Source: an uncultured Candidatus Saccharibacteria bacterium
Lineage (GTDB): Bacteria; Patescibacteriota; Minisyncoccia; Phycocordibacterales; CSBR16-119
Length of the DNA: 64,000 nt
Direction: 5' to 3'
Assembly (NCBI GenBank): GCA_964426385.1
Contig: CAYRQF010000001.1
Location: 167,939 to 231,938 of the forward strand
Positions 39,615 to 49,120 of the stretch are shown piece after piece. A program made the translations under genes and the position numbers. The notes beneath the pieces were generated by a model. It saw only the letters and a program-made list of their open reading frames with translations, was not told the origin of the DNA and did not search any database. Position 1 is the first letter of the stretch. Each line of letters begins with the position of its first letter.

Positions 39615-40373
39615 TCATGCTCTCATTGACCAAACCTCTCTCCCTACTCGGGTAGGACTTGAGTCGTCGTTTTCACGATACAAACTAACGCACAGTCCGC
39701 CTTTCTCCCCAGCAATTGGAGCGATACCTGCCCACCGCCTATCAAACTGGGACCCGAAATGTGTGCCACTGATAGTTGGCTCCGTAAACAGCTGCTTGCC
39801 TGGATTGTGAAGGGTGTACATGACAGCTGATTGTAACAATACCCCGATATGAGGCGCGTTCTCCCTCAGACCCTGGGATGGAGTAGCATCTAGGACATCG
39901 ACCCTCCTGATCAAATGCCAATCACCACTACTACCGATAGTGGCGCCTCTCGACAGATTTTTGTCGATCTGGATCTCTCCCTGGTAATACTTACCTACCT
40001 TGAAGCGGTGGCCAACTTTGACCAAGATGTGGGTGTCTTTCACATCTTCAAGTATCCGGCGTGAAAAAGGAACCATTCCGTCATCAGGTAAGAACAATCG
40101 ATCGTTCTCTTCCTTCATGATCTTCCAATATTGTTCAGGCCCGATGAAGTTCTCTGTCCCGATAGCATATTCTGCTTCGAGGTAGGGAGTATAAAGGTTT
40201 CTGCCGCCATTTTTCACGAAAGCGATCGTTCGATAGAACAATCCCTCGTCGTGAGCCAAGGACGCAAAGAATTCCTTATCAAGCCCCACTTTCCGACCGG
40301 TAACAGCCGCCTCGTGCATAACACCGAGGTCTTTCCCGAAACCTTCGTCTTTTGACGCACCATGTTTAGACAT
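39615..40373 (-). CDS. Orphan protein (cassette gene)
   Basis: ATG 40373 (MSKHGASK); own promoter and terminator. Confidence 0.7.
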   Translation of the reverse strand: MSKHGASKDEGFGKDLGVMHEAAVTGRKVGLDKEFFASLAHDEGLFYRTIAFVKNGGRNLYTPYLEAEYAIGTENFIGPEQYWKIMKEENDRLFLPDDGMVPFSRRILEDVKDTHILVKVGHRFKVGKYYQGEIQIDKNLSRGATIGSSGDWHLIRRVDVLDATPSQGLRENAPHIGVLLQSAVMYTLHNPGKQLFTEPTISGTHFGSQFDRRWAGIAPIAGEKGGLCVSLYRENDDSSPTRVGREVWSMRA

Positions 40374-40427
40374 GACACACCGGTATTTGATGTTCAAAAA
40401 CGTTCGAACGGACGGACTTGCCTCTTC

Positions 40428-40545
40428 TTGAGACGAGCCGGTCGTTGCCGAAATTCAGCAAAAACAGGCTCGTCTCAAAATGATCCTTGAATTTTAAGGA
40501 GCTAAATTACGTCGTGATTCTAAAGGAGAAATACGTATCTGTCAA
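40428..40545 (-). promoter_or_regulatory. Sigma70 promoter plus structured 5' leader
   Basis: TTGACA-17-TAGAAT (40545-40517); 12-bp perfect stem ttgagacgagcc/ggctcgtctcaa (40428-40478). Confidence 0.7.
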
Positions 40546-40549
40546 TGAC

Positions 40550-41230
40550 TTATTTTAGCTTTTCTTCAGAGACAATTTTCCCATCAGCAAGATGAATTAT
40601 GCGATCGCAATATAGGGTGTACTCTTTCTCGTGAGTGACCATGACGATAGTCTGACCCTTTTTGTTGATATCTCGGAGGACTTCGATAATGTGTTCACCA
40701 GAAGCAGAGTCGAGGTTCGCCGTAGGTTCATCGGCAAAAAGTATCTGAGGATCCTCACATATGGCACGAGCGATAGAGACTCTCTGTTGTTCCCCGCCGG
40801 ATAGCTGACTCGGTCTATTGTTTTCCTTGTCACCCAAGCCGACGTTCTCTAGGGCGCCCTGCGCCTTCTTTTTCGCCTCACTCTGACTCATACCCTTCAT
40901 CAGTAGCGGAACCATGATATTCTCTCCCGCAGTAAGTTCTGGCACCAGGGCATAGTCTTGGAAAACATAGCCTAGCTTGTCGAGGCGAAACTTTGTCTTG
41001 GCCTTGTTAGACAGCTTGAGGACATCTACGCCTTCGACGAATATCTCGCCTGTCGTCGGCTCATCGAGTAGACTCATCTGATACATGAGAGTCGATTTAC
41101 CAGCGCCGGACTTACCCATGATCGCGACGAACTCGCCGGCGCGGACGGACATATCGATACCCTTCAAAACCCGGGTTTCAAGTTTACCGTTCGTGAAAGT
41201 TTTTGTTAGATTTTTTATTTCTATAATCAT
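40550..41230 (-). CDS. ABC transporter ATP-binding protein (LolD/MacB type)
   Basis: GKSGAGKST, LSGGEQQR, ADEPT, VTH. Confidence 0.95.
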   Translation of the reverse strand: MIIEIKNLTKTFTNGKLETRVLKGIDMSVRAGEFVAIMGKSGAGKSTLMYQMSLLDEPTTGEIFVEGVDVLKLSNKAKTKFRLDKLGYVFQDYALVPELTAGENIMVPLLMKGMSQSEAKKKAQGALENVGLGDKENNRPSQLSGGEQQRVSIARAICEDPQILFADEPTANLDSASGEHIIEVLRDINKKGQTIVMVTHEKEYTLYCDRIIHLADGKIVSEEKLK

Positions 41231-41512
41231 TTACCCGCCTAAATTTTTAGGTAATTACTTAATATTTTATCTAGATGATTACGACCCCATCCAGTTTTTA
41301 ACCATTGCTCTCTCTGAAACGCATCTTCTTTATTTAAAAAAGCTTCGTAATATATGAGAGTGAGGGGTGTTCGATTTTTAGTAGATTCTATTTTTCCACT
41401 ATTATGTAAAAGGATGCGCTTTTTTAAATCATTCGTACATCCTGTGTAGAATTTTGTATCTCTTTTACTTTTTAGAACGTATACATAATACATAAAAATT
41501 TTGGCGGGTTAA
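41230..41512. mobile_element. 283-bp inverted-repeat-bounded element carrying a GIY-YIG nuclease
   Basis: TTTACCCGCCTAAATTTTTA (41230-41249) and TAAAAATTTTGGCGGGTTAA (41493-41512) form an 18/20 inverted repeat bracketing the ORF. Confidence 0.7.
41239..41493 (-). CDS. Small GIY-YIG endonuclease
   Basis: YYVYVL, FYTGCT.DLKKR..HN.G, YYEAF..A..RE..LK. Confidence 0.92.
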   Translation of the reverse strand: MYYVYVLKSKRDTKFYTGCTNDLKKRILLHNSGKIESTKNRTPLTLIYYEAFLNKEDAFQREQWLKTGWGRNHLDKILSNYLKI

Positions 41513-41513
41513 T

Positions 41514-42761
41514 TTATCTTCCGAGGATAGAATCCAAAGTATTTTTCCTGATAATCATCGACGCTGGGATATATCCGGCGATCACTGTAACGACGAGTAG
41601 AAGCACGAACTTGAACATCACGTCGTTTATCGGCGCGACGAGGATACCATCAGAGAACGGGAAATCTATCGGGTGAGCGTTGAACGCCGGGACCATGACG
41701 GCGTATAGAATAACGAGCCCGAGCACCGCCCCAGAAAGAGCGTAGAAAATAGACTGGAAAATATACGCCCATTTTATCGAACGCGCTTCGATACCTATAG
41801 CCTTCATGATGCCGATATATTTACGCCTGGTGACGGCGTTAATGAAGATGATGATGAATATCGTAATCGAAGCCACGATGATACCAATCATACCGATGAT
41901 GTTACCGAGAAGCCCGAAAGCGAGCTTGATATCGTTTAGAAACTGTGGGATGGCTTCGTTGGCGGTCTGGACCTTGGCTGTCTCAGCGAACCCGCTTCTC
42001 ATCAGGATATCTTTCAGTCCCTCTTCAGACACACCTTCATTGCCAAGTATTGCAACCTCATTGATGTTTAGATTTGTTCGATCGAAGAATCTGACGAATT
42101 CGGCCTCTGTCATAAATATCCGGAAAGATGTCTGATCGACTTTACTATCGACTATTCCCTTCACTGTATATTCCTTGGTCTTTTCACCCGACGTTAAACG
42201 GATCCTTGTGCCAGGGAAAATATCGTCGAGTGTGTCGAAACCTTCGCCGAAGTCAGATATGTATCTCTGGATCATGTTCGCACCAACTAGGACATATGCA
42301 TCGTCGCCAGGCAATAGATACTCGCCTTCGGCAACATATGTAGCGAGACTGGCCACTCTGTCCTCTGCAACGGGATCCATACCGACTATCTGTGCTCCGA
42401 TACTGTCTCGGAGGGCATCAGGGTCGCGCCTAGTTCGATAATTCGCCTCTATAGTAGCTGAGTCGAGATATCTAGCTGTATAACCTCTCACTTCGGGGGT
42501 GTTGTCTAGGGTCTGTAAGATATAGTTACTGTTATCTATCCACGACTCACCTTTGGGTGTTGTTAGTAGAACATTGCCACTATACTGCTCGCGGTTTGCT
42601 TTGACCGAGCCCTCGATGAGACCGACAAGGATACCAGAGACGCCGACGAGGTTTAGGAAAGTCAGCATCATAATAAATATGATGAGTGATGTCGTCCAGA
42701 TATTCGCCCGCTTGATCTGGCGCAACCCTATGAACCATCCGACTCTGAGCGCTTTAAACAT
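41514..42761 (-). CDS. ABC transporter permease (FtsX/MacB-like)
   Basis: TM1, large extracytoplasmic domain, three TMs; IGIMKAIG. Confidence 0.9.
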   Translation of the reverse strand: MFKALRVGWFIGLRQIKRANIWTTSLIIFIMMLTFLNLVGVSGILVGLIEGSVKANREQYSGNVLLTTPKGESWIDNSNYILQTLDNTPEVRGYTARYLDSATIEANYRTRRDPDALRDSIGAQIVGMDPVAEDRVASLATYVAEGEYLLPGDDAYVLVGANMIQRYISDFGEGFDTLDDIFPGTRIRLTSGEKTKEYTVKGIVDSKVDQTSFRIFMTEAEFVRFFDRTNLNINEVAILGNEGVSEEGLKDILMRSGFAETAKVQTANEAIPQFLNDIKLAFGLLGNIIGMIGIIVASITIFIIIFINAVTRRKYIGIMKAIGIEARSIKWAYIFQSIFYALSGAVLGLVILYAVMVPAFNAHPIDFPFSDGILVAPINDVMFKFVLLLVVTVIAGYIPASMIIRKNTLDSILGR

Positions 42762-42762
42762 A

Positions 42763-44148
42763 TTATTGGGTTACGATAGTTGTAACTATAGTCTCGCCTT
42801 CAGACAGACCCTCGAGCACTTCGACGTCACCACCACTACCACGGAGTCCAAATACCGGATACACTTTTTCGGTTTCTCCTTCGGCATTTCGAGTATTAAC
42901 AAATTCACCTCCGTCGTCAGATTCGATAAAGCTCTGTGGTATGGTCAGCACACCGACACGTGTCTCCTTGGTAATGAGAACATTGGCTGTCATACCAGAA
43001 CGGATACGCTCGTCGATAGCGTCGAACAAAACTTTCGCACGATATACAGACACACCATCGACTTTCGTCTCTGCAGGATCAAGTGACATAAGCGTTCCCA
43101 CGAATACAACATTCGGACCATAAGCGTCGAGGGTGATTTGTGTCTTTAGCCCGGGTGCGAGACTCTGTAGATCAACCTCAGGTATCTCGACGACTACTTC
43201 ATATGCGCCTTCTGAGATAACACCAGTTATCACCTTGCCTGCTTCGGCTATCTCACCACGCTTGATATTTATCTTTGAAACTATGCCATTGAATGGTGCT
43301 CGGAGAGTTCGTGCATTTATATCAGCAACAATTTTCGCTACGCGCGCCTCTGCCTGCTTGATACGTGCGTCTGATATCTCCTGTGCAACGTTTGATGACT
43401 CAGCTGCATCTCGACTTGCCAGAGCACTCTCGTAGGCATTCAGATTCTCGACATACGAAGCACCCTGCTTATTCGGGATAGAGACACGCCAAACATCACC
43501 TATTGACGCATCGTCCTCGGAGAATTTTATGTATAGGCCTCTGGTTCCAAGTGGTACGGCTTTGTAAAAAACAATCTCGCTTTCTCCCGACTCTATGCCA
43601 CTATAACGAAATGATCGACGTGAAGCACTGTTAGATAACTCAACACTTATCTTGTACTCTCCTTCAACTTCAGCAGAATAACTACCAGATATTTCAGGGG
43701 CATTGTTAACGATATCCAAGTTTTTTGAGTATGCGATAAGATCATCAGACAGTAGTCGTGCACGTGCATTAACGACATCTCTTTCAAGTTCGGCATTGGA
43801 AACACGAGACTCGGCCCGCTCTAATGCCAAATTCGCCTCAGCTTCCCGGAGGTCAGCACGAAGTGATGAATTATCGAGCTCAATTATCTTGTCACCCGTT
43901 CGCACCATGTCTCCGGCCTTTTTGTAGACACCCTCTACCATCCCTCCTGTTATGAACGCCATCTCGGCACCCTCAACAGGTTTAGCCTCGCCGGCGAGCA
44001 GTAGGTCGTTAGAGATATCCTGACGTGTAACTGTATATGTGCGCAGATTCTCGTCATCGCTACCTCCCCCGATCAACACAACCAGAGCGATAATGATTAC
44101 TGCCCCGATGAGTAATTTCTTCCAATTTGTTTTAAAGTAATTTTTCAT
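42763..44148 (-). CDS. Efflux periplasmic adaptor (HlyD/MacA-like)
   Basis: Start MKNYF at 44148; LRAPFNGIV, IRSGMTA, EVLEGLSEGE. Confidence 0.88.
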   Translation of the reverse strand: MKNYFKTNWKKLLIGAVIIIALVVLIGGGSDDENLRTYTVTRQDISNDLLLAGEAKPVEGAEMAFITGGMVEGVYKKAGDMVRTGDKIIELDNSSLRADLREAEANLALERAESRVSNAELERDVVNARARLLSDDLIAYSKNLDIVNNAPEISGSYSAEVEGEYKISVELSNSASRRSFRYSGIESGESEIVFYKAVPLGTRGLYIKFSEDDASIGDVWRVSIPNKQGASYVENLNAYESALASRDAAESSNVAQEISDARIKQAEARVAKIVADINARTLRAPFNGIVSKINIKRGEIAEAGKVITGVISEGAYEVVVEIPEVDLQSLAPGLKTQITLDAYGPNVVFVGTLMSLDPAETKVDGVSVYRAKVLFDAIDERIRSGMTANVLITKETRVGVLTIPQSFIESDDGGEFVNTRNAEGETEKVYPVFGLRGSGGDVEVLEGLSEGETIVTTIVTQ

Positions 44149-44220
44149 ATTATTTATTTGATACCCGATATTAACATAACGACACTGTTTTGGGAAATTG
44201 ACAAACTGCATCAATAAATA

Positions 44221-44250
44221 GAAAAGCGCCCTATCTTTAGGGTGCTTTTC
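44221..44250 (-). terminator. Hairpin terminator
   Basis: gaaaagcgccct-atcttt-agggtgcttttc. Confidence 0.65.
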
Positions 44251-44266
44251 TATACTAAAGTTATGA

Positions 44267-44818
44267 CTATGAAGCCGAAACCTCAGTAAACGTAGTTCCT
44301 TCTGGTAGATTGAACACTGTGCCGTCTCGTGTCCAAAGATCACACTCGTAGTCGAGCTCCTGGTTCGTATCGAATCCCTGGGAAGATCCTTCGGCCGTCG
44401 CCGTCGAATCGATTTTCATCTTCATTCCACCTGGCATAAGAGGTGACCATGTGTACATGAACTCACCATCAGAAATCATGTGACTCTCGATAGTTGTGTT
44501 AGCTACAGCAACGACTGAACTGAAGTCCCCTCTCATCTCGTTACCGCTGATATATACAGTTCCAGTCGATGTTCCAACCTCAGTGTCTTGCTTGAAAGTG
44601 CATTTGTAGTTACCACCACGAGCAATCAAAGCCTTCATCGAACCTTTGAATTCTGCCATATCTGTCTCTTCAACAGCCGGAGCTGTCTCTACTGCTCCCT
44701 CGGATACTTCTGTGGTCTCCCCCATCTCCTCTTCTGGAGAGTTGCTAGCGCCTTTTATAAGGAGCACCGCCGCCGTAGCGAGGATGAGCCCTAGGAGTAT
44801 TTTTCCAAATATTGTCAT
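44267..44818 (-). CDS. Hypothetical membrane-anchored CPR-type protein
   Basis: Start MTIFGK; KCTF...GTVYISG..MRGDF...DGEFMYTW...YECDLW. Confidence 0.75.
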   Translation of the reverse strand: MTIFGKILLGLILATAAVLLIKGASNSPEEEMGETTEVSEGAVETAPAVEETDMAEFKGSMKALIARGGNYKCTFKQDTEVGTSTGTVYISGNEMRGDFSSVVAVANTTIESHMISDGEFMYTWSPLMPGGMKMKIDSTATAEGSSQGFDTNQELDYECDLWTRDGTVFNLPEGTTFTEVSAS

Positions 44819-44959
44819 ATTTTCTAATGAAGAGCATTTGCGAGCTTGCTCGTATAATCTCTGAATGACGAAAATATACGAGACGAGCAAAGCGAGGGCT
44901 CTTATATCTAAAGTATTACCTAATAATCAACCATAGAAAATTATACTAAAAACTGTCCC

Positions 44960-45475
44960 CTATGATAAGCCCGTCCAGACTTTCAATAAATGACCGACAA
45001 AGTAAGCGATGGAAGCTGCGATACCACCGATGATCACTGTTTCAACAGAGGACTTGGTTCGGCTATTGCCTGTGACGGTGCCTCGTATGATCCCGATAAT
45101 CACAAATGCCACCATAGTGAATATTATAGACAGTGTGAACTCATTGAACTCTGCATTTCTCCATATAGATTTGACGATAAAAGGCATGAGCGGTACAAGT
45201 CCCACCAAAACAAATGAGCCGAATGTGACAACCGCTGTTTTTATCGAGGACTTATCACCTCCATTACCCATGTCTTTATCGGACTTCGATGATAGATAGT
45301 TAGAACTGGCCATCGAGAAACCATCCGCGAGGACATTGGATACGCCAAGTATCAGGATGATGAACGGTTCGAGACCGGCACCCATTACGCCAGATATGAT
45401 CGCAAAAGTCGTTATGGCGCCATCAGTGGCGCCATAAACGAACTCAGCTAGGTATTTACGAGTGTTTCCCCTCAT
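44960..45475 (-). CDS. VIT1/CCC1 family transporter
   Basis: FVYGATDGAITTFA, LADGFSMASSNYLS. Confidence 0.92.
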   Translation of the reverse strand: MRGNTRKYLAEFVYGATDGAITTFAIISGVMGAGLEPFIILILGVSNVLADGFSMASSNYLSSKSDKDMGNGGDKSSIKTAVVTFGSFVLVGLVPLMPFIVKSIWRNAEFNEFTLSIIFTMVAFVIIGIIRGTVTGNSRTKSSVETVIIGGIAASIAYFVGHLLKVWTGLS

Positions 45476-45477
45476 GA

Positions 45478-45960
45478 CTACTTGAAGTTGATAGTCATCT
45501 CAGCGGCATCGTCGAACTGTGATTCACCCGACGGATTGTCTTTTTGGAATATCAGTGTTCCTCTCTCTCCATATGCGGGCTTCACGAACTCTAGAGTTCC
45601 AGTGAAAGGCACGTAGTCTGTCGTCATCCACTCACCATCTGCCATGACGTAACCCTGCTTGATGATAAGTCCATCCCAATCCGTCAACACGAGTCCAGCA
45701 TTCGCCTCGAAGAACCAGTTTCCTGGGGCACGGCCTTTGACTGTGAGCGGACTTTCTATAGCTTCGCCATCTTTTGGCATAGTTATAAAGATTTCTACAC
45801 CCTTGGTACTGGTGAGCTTGAGCTCAGCAGGCTGTTCTACCTCGGGATTCTCTACCACAGGCTCTGTTGTCGGCTTCGGGTTCAGTTTTGTTATGACGAC
45901 AAACACGAGAACTGCTCCGATGATTACGATGATTACATTTTTCATAAGTTGAAACTGCAT
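45478..45960 (-). CDS. Gmad2 Ig-like domain protein
   Basis: SPLTVKGRAPGNWFFEA, WMTTDYVPF, KDNPSG; start 45960 or 45945. Confidence 0.8.
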   Translation of the reverse strand: MQFQLMKNVIIVIIGAVLVFVVITKLNPKPTTEPVVENPEVEQPAELKLTSTKGVEIFITMPKDGEAIESPLTVKGRAPGNWFFEANAGLVLTDWDGLIIKQGYVMADGEWMTTDYVPFTGTLEFVKPAYGERGTLIFQKDNPSGESQFDDAAEMTINFK

Positions 45961-45982
45961 CCCATTAGAAATTATTAATAAA

Positions 45983-46726
45983 TTACTTGATAATAAATGT
46001 CGCTCGGACTGTAACCATGACGTCCTTGTCGATAGTCGAAGTATCGTATGTTCCGTAGTCAGAGATGTCGATGGAGTTCGGTGGTAGGACCTGGACAACG
46101 CCAGATGTAGCAGTCTTGAGCTTGCCAACGTTTCCACCGGAAGCTTTGGCGATCTCACGAGCTCTATCCTTGGCGTCCACTATCGCATCACCTAGGAGTG
46201 CTACTCGAGCATCAGCAAGCCCTGAATAGTAGTACTGCGCTCCGTATGTCTGGAACAGGACCCCCTCACCAGCAACATCATCGACGAGGTTTGAGATGTT
46301 GGTGATCTTCGTCACATCAGGCGAGTTCACGGTAACTGTCGCGCGTAATTCATAGCGTTTCGGCAAATTCTGTCCATTGTCGTTATAGCTATAGTCCTGA
46401 TTCAGGTTTACAGGAGAGATAGTTATCTCCTCCTCTGTAGCGCCGTTCTTGATAAGAAAAGCTTTTACTTTCTCAGTATCGCGATCTATTTTCTTGTAAC
46501 CGGTCGCGAGATCGAACTCGTTAGCGTATGCGAGGACTGAACCAGAAAGCTTTCCTGAGTCAGAAACGACACTCATCTTGGCAGATCCGGTTGTAGTCAG
46601 AACATTACCACTCGAACGGAGTGATGATAGAAAAAACCCGGCGATAACCGCAACCACTATTAGAGCGAGTCCAAGTACTGCGGCTGCTGTTGCGTTCTGC
46701 TTTTCTAATATTTGTTTTATTTGCAT
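45983..46726 (-). CDS. SIMPL (DUF541) domain protein
   Basis: TGSA, AIVDAKDRAREIA, GVVQV, DTSTIDK. Confidence 0.88.
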   Translation of the reverse strand: MQIKQILEKQNATAAAVLGLALIVVAVIAGFFLSSLRSSGNVLTTTGSAKMSVVSDSGKLSGSVLAYANEFDLATGYKKIDRDTEKVKAFLIKNGATEEEITISPVNLNQDYSYNDNGQNLPKRYELRATVTVNSPDVTKITNISNLVDDVAGEGVLFQTYGAQYYYSGLADARVALLGDAIVDAKDRAREIAKASGGNVGKLKTATSGVVQVLPPNSIDISDYGTYDTSTIDKDVMVTVRATFIIK

Positions 46727-46736
46727 TTGTTTTTTA

Positions 46737-47261
46737 TTAATACATTATTTGTGAATCACGCGGGTCTGACGCATTAGCACTCGCACTAAATATTGCCATC
46801 ATTGCTTCATTACCACCACTCATACTATCCATAACGGCAACGTCTTTCTTTGGGTCAAATACTCCATCGCCATCGTCAGCATGAAGCATAGCATAGTATG
46901 TGGATCCATCTATCAACTTCTCGGTCGTGCCAATATCCTCGTTCGCATAGTTACCAGCTGCGAACCATTTCGATACTCCGATAATGTCGCCAGGCTTGCC
47001 CCCCATATCGTCATGGATAATGACGAATCCGGCCTTTTCGATATTGAGTGCGCTCATAAAGACAACATCTCCGAGCATCTGTTCCTGAACCACAATGGCA
47101 TTCGCCCCGAGCTTCATAAACTGTCCTGATGCTCCACCTGACGTGACATCGGTGGTGTTCTCCTCTGGAACCATAGGGTCTACTGCCTTATCCTTACCCG
47201 CGAATATAACTACTAAAACGATAATAATGACGGCTACTGGAATCCAAATTTTTGGGCTCAT
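46737..47261 (-). CDS. Hypothetical membrane-anchored protein
   Basis: GFVIIH...G.IIGVS...YYAMLHADDGDGVFD. Confidence 0.75.
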   Translation of the reverse strand: MSPKIWIPVAVIIIVLVVIFAGKDKAVDPMVPEENTTDVTSGGASGQFMKLGANAIVVQEQMLGDVVFMSALNIEKAGFVIIHDDMGGKPGDIIGVSKWFAAGNYANEDIGTTEKLIDGSTYYAMLHADDGDGVFDPKKDVAVMDSMSGGNEAMMAIFSASANASDPRDSQIMY

Positions 47262-47265
47262 ATAA

Positions 47266-48276
47266 TTAATTGTTTAAATCTTCTCCTAATACTTCGAAAT
47301 AATCTTCTATATATGCGAACATTGTATCACATGCGACAAATGCGATATTTAGCTCGCCATTTTTATTCTTATACTCTTTAAGACGCTTCAGACCCTTCAC
47401 TTCTTTCAAGAAATCCTTGATAGCGGACAATTGCATACCTGTCGAGGGCCCAACGAAGAATCCCTGTCTGATGAGCGCGAGGCTTTCTCGGAACGCTGGA
47501 ATCGTCTCGATCTTGGCTTCGTAGTCAACCACACTACTCCACGGGAAAGCGAGTTTTCTGACAGCGGCCTCACCTCGGGGGCCTGGGATGGCAAAGCCGG
47601 CTTTTATGTATGAAGTTAGGATTTTAATCTTCGGATTCTTTTTCTTCAAGAACTTACCTAATCCCACGACGGTTCCACCCGTTCCGAGACTAGTCATAAC
47701 AGCGCTGAGGCCCGGCCCCATCTGTTCGTATAGTTCCCTACCGATGATACTTCCGGAGGCTTTCGGATTATCGAGGTTCTCGTATTGGTTCAGGTTATAC
47801 CAGCCTTTCTTCTCGCCGAGCTTTTTTGCTTCATATATTCCTCCAATATTCGCACCTACGTCTGGCGAGGCGGGACCGTGCGAGATGATCGTGTTCGCTC
47901 CGACGAGCCGCAGGAAGTTTTTCTTGTTCTTCGGCACATCCGGCGTGATGATGGCGTGCATGTTCGGGATGCCGAAGTGTCTGGAAAGGATAGCTAGAGA
48001 CATGACGGTATTGCCTGAGGAATACTCGACGAGATTTTTGATTTTCTTGAGTTCTGTTTTTGGAATGCCTTCTAGCATGTACCAGGATGGGAGAGACTTG
48101 ATGTTCGCGAGTGGGATGCTCTGCGCGAGCTTGATGAATATGTTGACACCATCTTTATGAAAAGGGTTAAGCGCCGGCGGCAGTTCTACCAGTGGTGTTG
48201 GCCCGAGAGCTCCCGGACGGAGGTATTCTATTACCGCCCTATTCCCTTTAAATACTTTTTTCTCTGACTTTTTCAC
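47266..48276 (-). CDS. PLP-dependent cysteine synthase (CysK/CBS) family protein
   Basis: TPLVEL, NIKS (PLP Lys), EYSSGNT, NQYEN, SLGTGGT, GPSTG. Confidence 0.88.
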   Translation of the reverse strand: MKKSEKKVFKGNRAVIEYLRPGALGPTPLVELPPALNPFHKDGVNIFIKLAQSIPLANIKSLPSWYMLEGIPKTELKKIKNLVEYSSGNTVMSLAILSRHFGIPNMHAIITPDVPKNKKNFLRLVGANTIISHGPASPDVGANIGGIYEAKKLGEKKGWYNLNQYENLDNPKASGSIIGRELYEQMGPGLSAVMTSLGTGGTVVGLGKFLKKKNPKIKILTSYIKAGFAIPGPRGEAAVRKLAFPWSSVVDYEAKIETIPAFRESLALIRQGFFVGPSTGMQLSAIKDFLKEVKGLKRLKEYKNKNGELNIAFVACDTMFAYIEDYFEVLGEDLNN

Positions 48277-48285
48277 TAAGCCATT

Positions 48286-49065
48286 TTAGCATGTGATTTC
48301 TCCTTCAAACGCTTTTATTGCTGGACCTATCAGCCACACGTTTTCGAAGCCAGTTTTGGTACGAGTAAGTCTAACTTTGAGGTTTCCTCCACGAGCACGG
48401 ATGCTAAATTCATTTTCGTCACCTTCATCAAGACTTGTTGCTAGTGTCCCTGCCACAGCGACCGCTCCTGTACCGCAAGCGAGAGTTTCATCTTCGACGC
48501 CACGTTCGTATGTACGCATTTTTAACTCCTCACCACTCTCGACTATATTCACATTTATGCCCGTTGGGAAATCGGCCGAGTAACGGATACTTTTAGCATA
48601 TGGGATGAGATCGAAACTCTCAGTGTTCGAAACAGTCTCGACATAATGCGGACAGCCAGTATTGCAAACGAATCCCTTGTTATGGCTCGTCGGTGTTTCA
48701 AAGTCGGCTATACTGACAGACACTTCCCCATTTTCTAAAATTTTGGCTTTGTGTATTCCGTCGTGCGCAAGAAATGATATCTCTTCGTCGCCGAAAAGTC
48801 CCAAGTCTCGCGCAAAAGCCACTATCGATCGCGCGCCATTACCGCACATGGTCTCGTCGCCCTCCTGAGCGTTAAAATACCTCATGCGGAAAAGCGCCTC
48901 GTCGGTATTCTCGAGTAGTATTATCCCGTCAGCGCCAACGCCGGTGTGGCGATCGCATATAGAGCGGATCTTGTCGATCGAGATAACTCCGAAGACACCT
49001 TCTCGGTTATCGATCATTACAAAGTCATTCCCACAGCCATGATATTTTGAGAATTTTATGTTCAT
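48286..49065 (-). CDS. dapF: Diaminopimelate epimerase
   Basis: KYHGCGNDF, GVGADG, MCGNG, PHYV, RTYERGVEDETLACGTG. Confidence 0.92.
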   Translation of the reverse strand: MNIKFSKYHGCGNDFVMIDNREGVFGVISIDKIRSICDRHTGVGADGIILLENTDEALFRMRYFNAQEGDETMCGNGARSIVAFARDLGLFGDEEISFLAHDGIHKAKILENGEVSVSIADFETPTSHNKGFVCNTGCPHYVETVSNTESFDLIPYAKSIRYSADFPTGINVNIVESGEELKMRTYERGVEDETLACGTGAVAVAGTLATSLDEGDENEFSIRARGGNLKVRLTRTKTGFENVWLIGPAIKAFEGEITC

Positions 49066-49090
49066 AAGCTCAAGTATATCAAAATGAAGA

Positions 49091-49113
49091 AAGCCCCGAC
49101 GAGTCGGGGCTTT
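49091..49113 (-). terminator. Hairpin terminator after typA
   Basis: aagccccgac-ga-gtcggggctt. Confidence 0.65.
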
Positions 49114-49120
49114 CCATTTT

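Noticed and set aside
44842-44890. Imperfect inverted repeat (ctcgtata...tatacgag) upstream of the 44818 gene
   Set aside because: Single, short and imperfect; may be an operator but cannot be supported further
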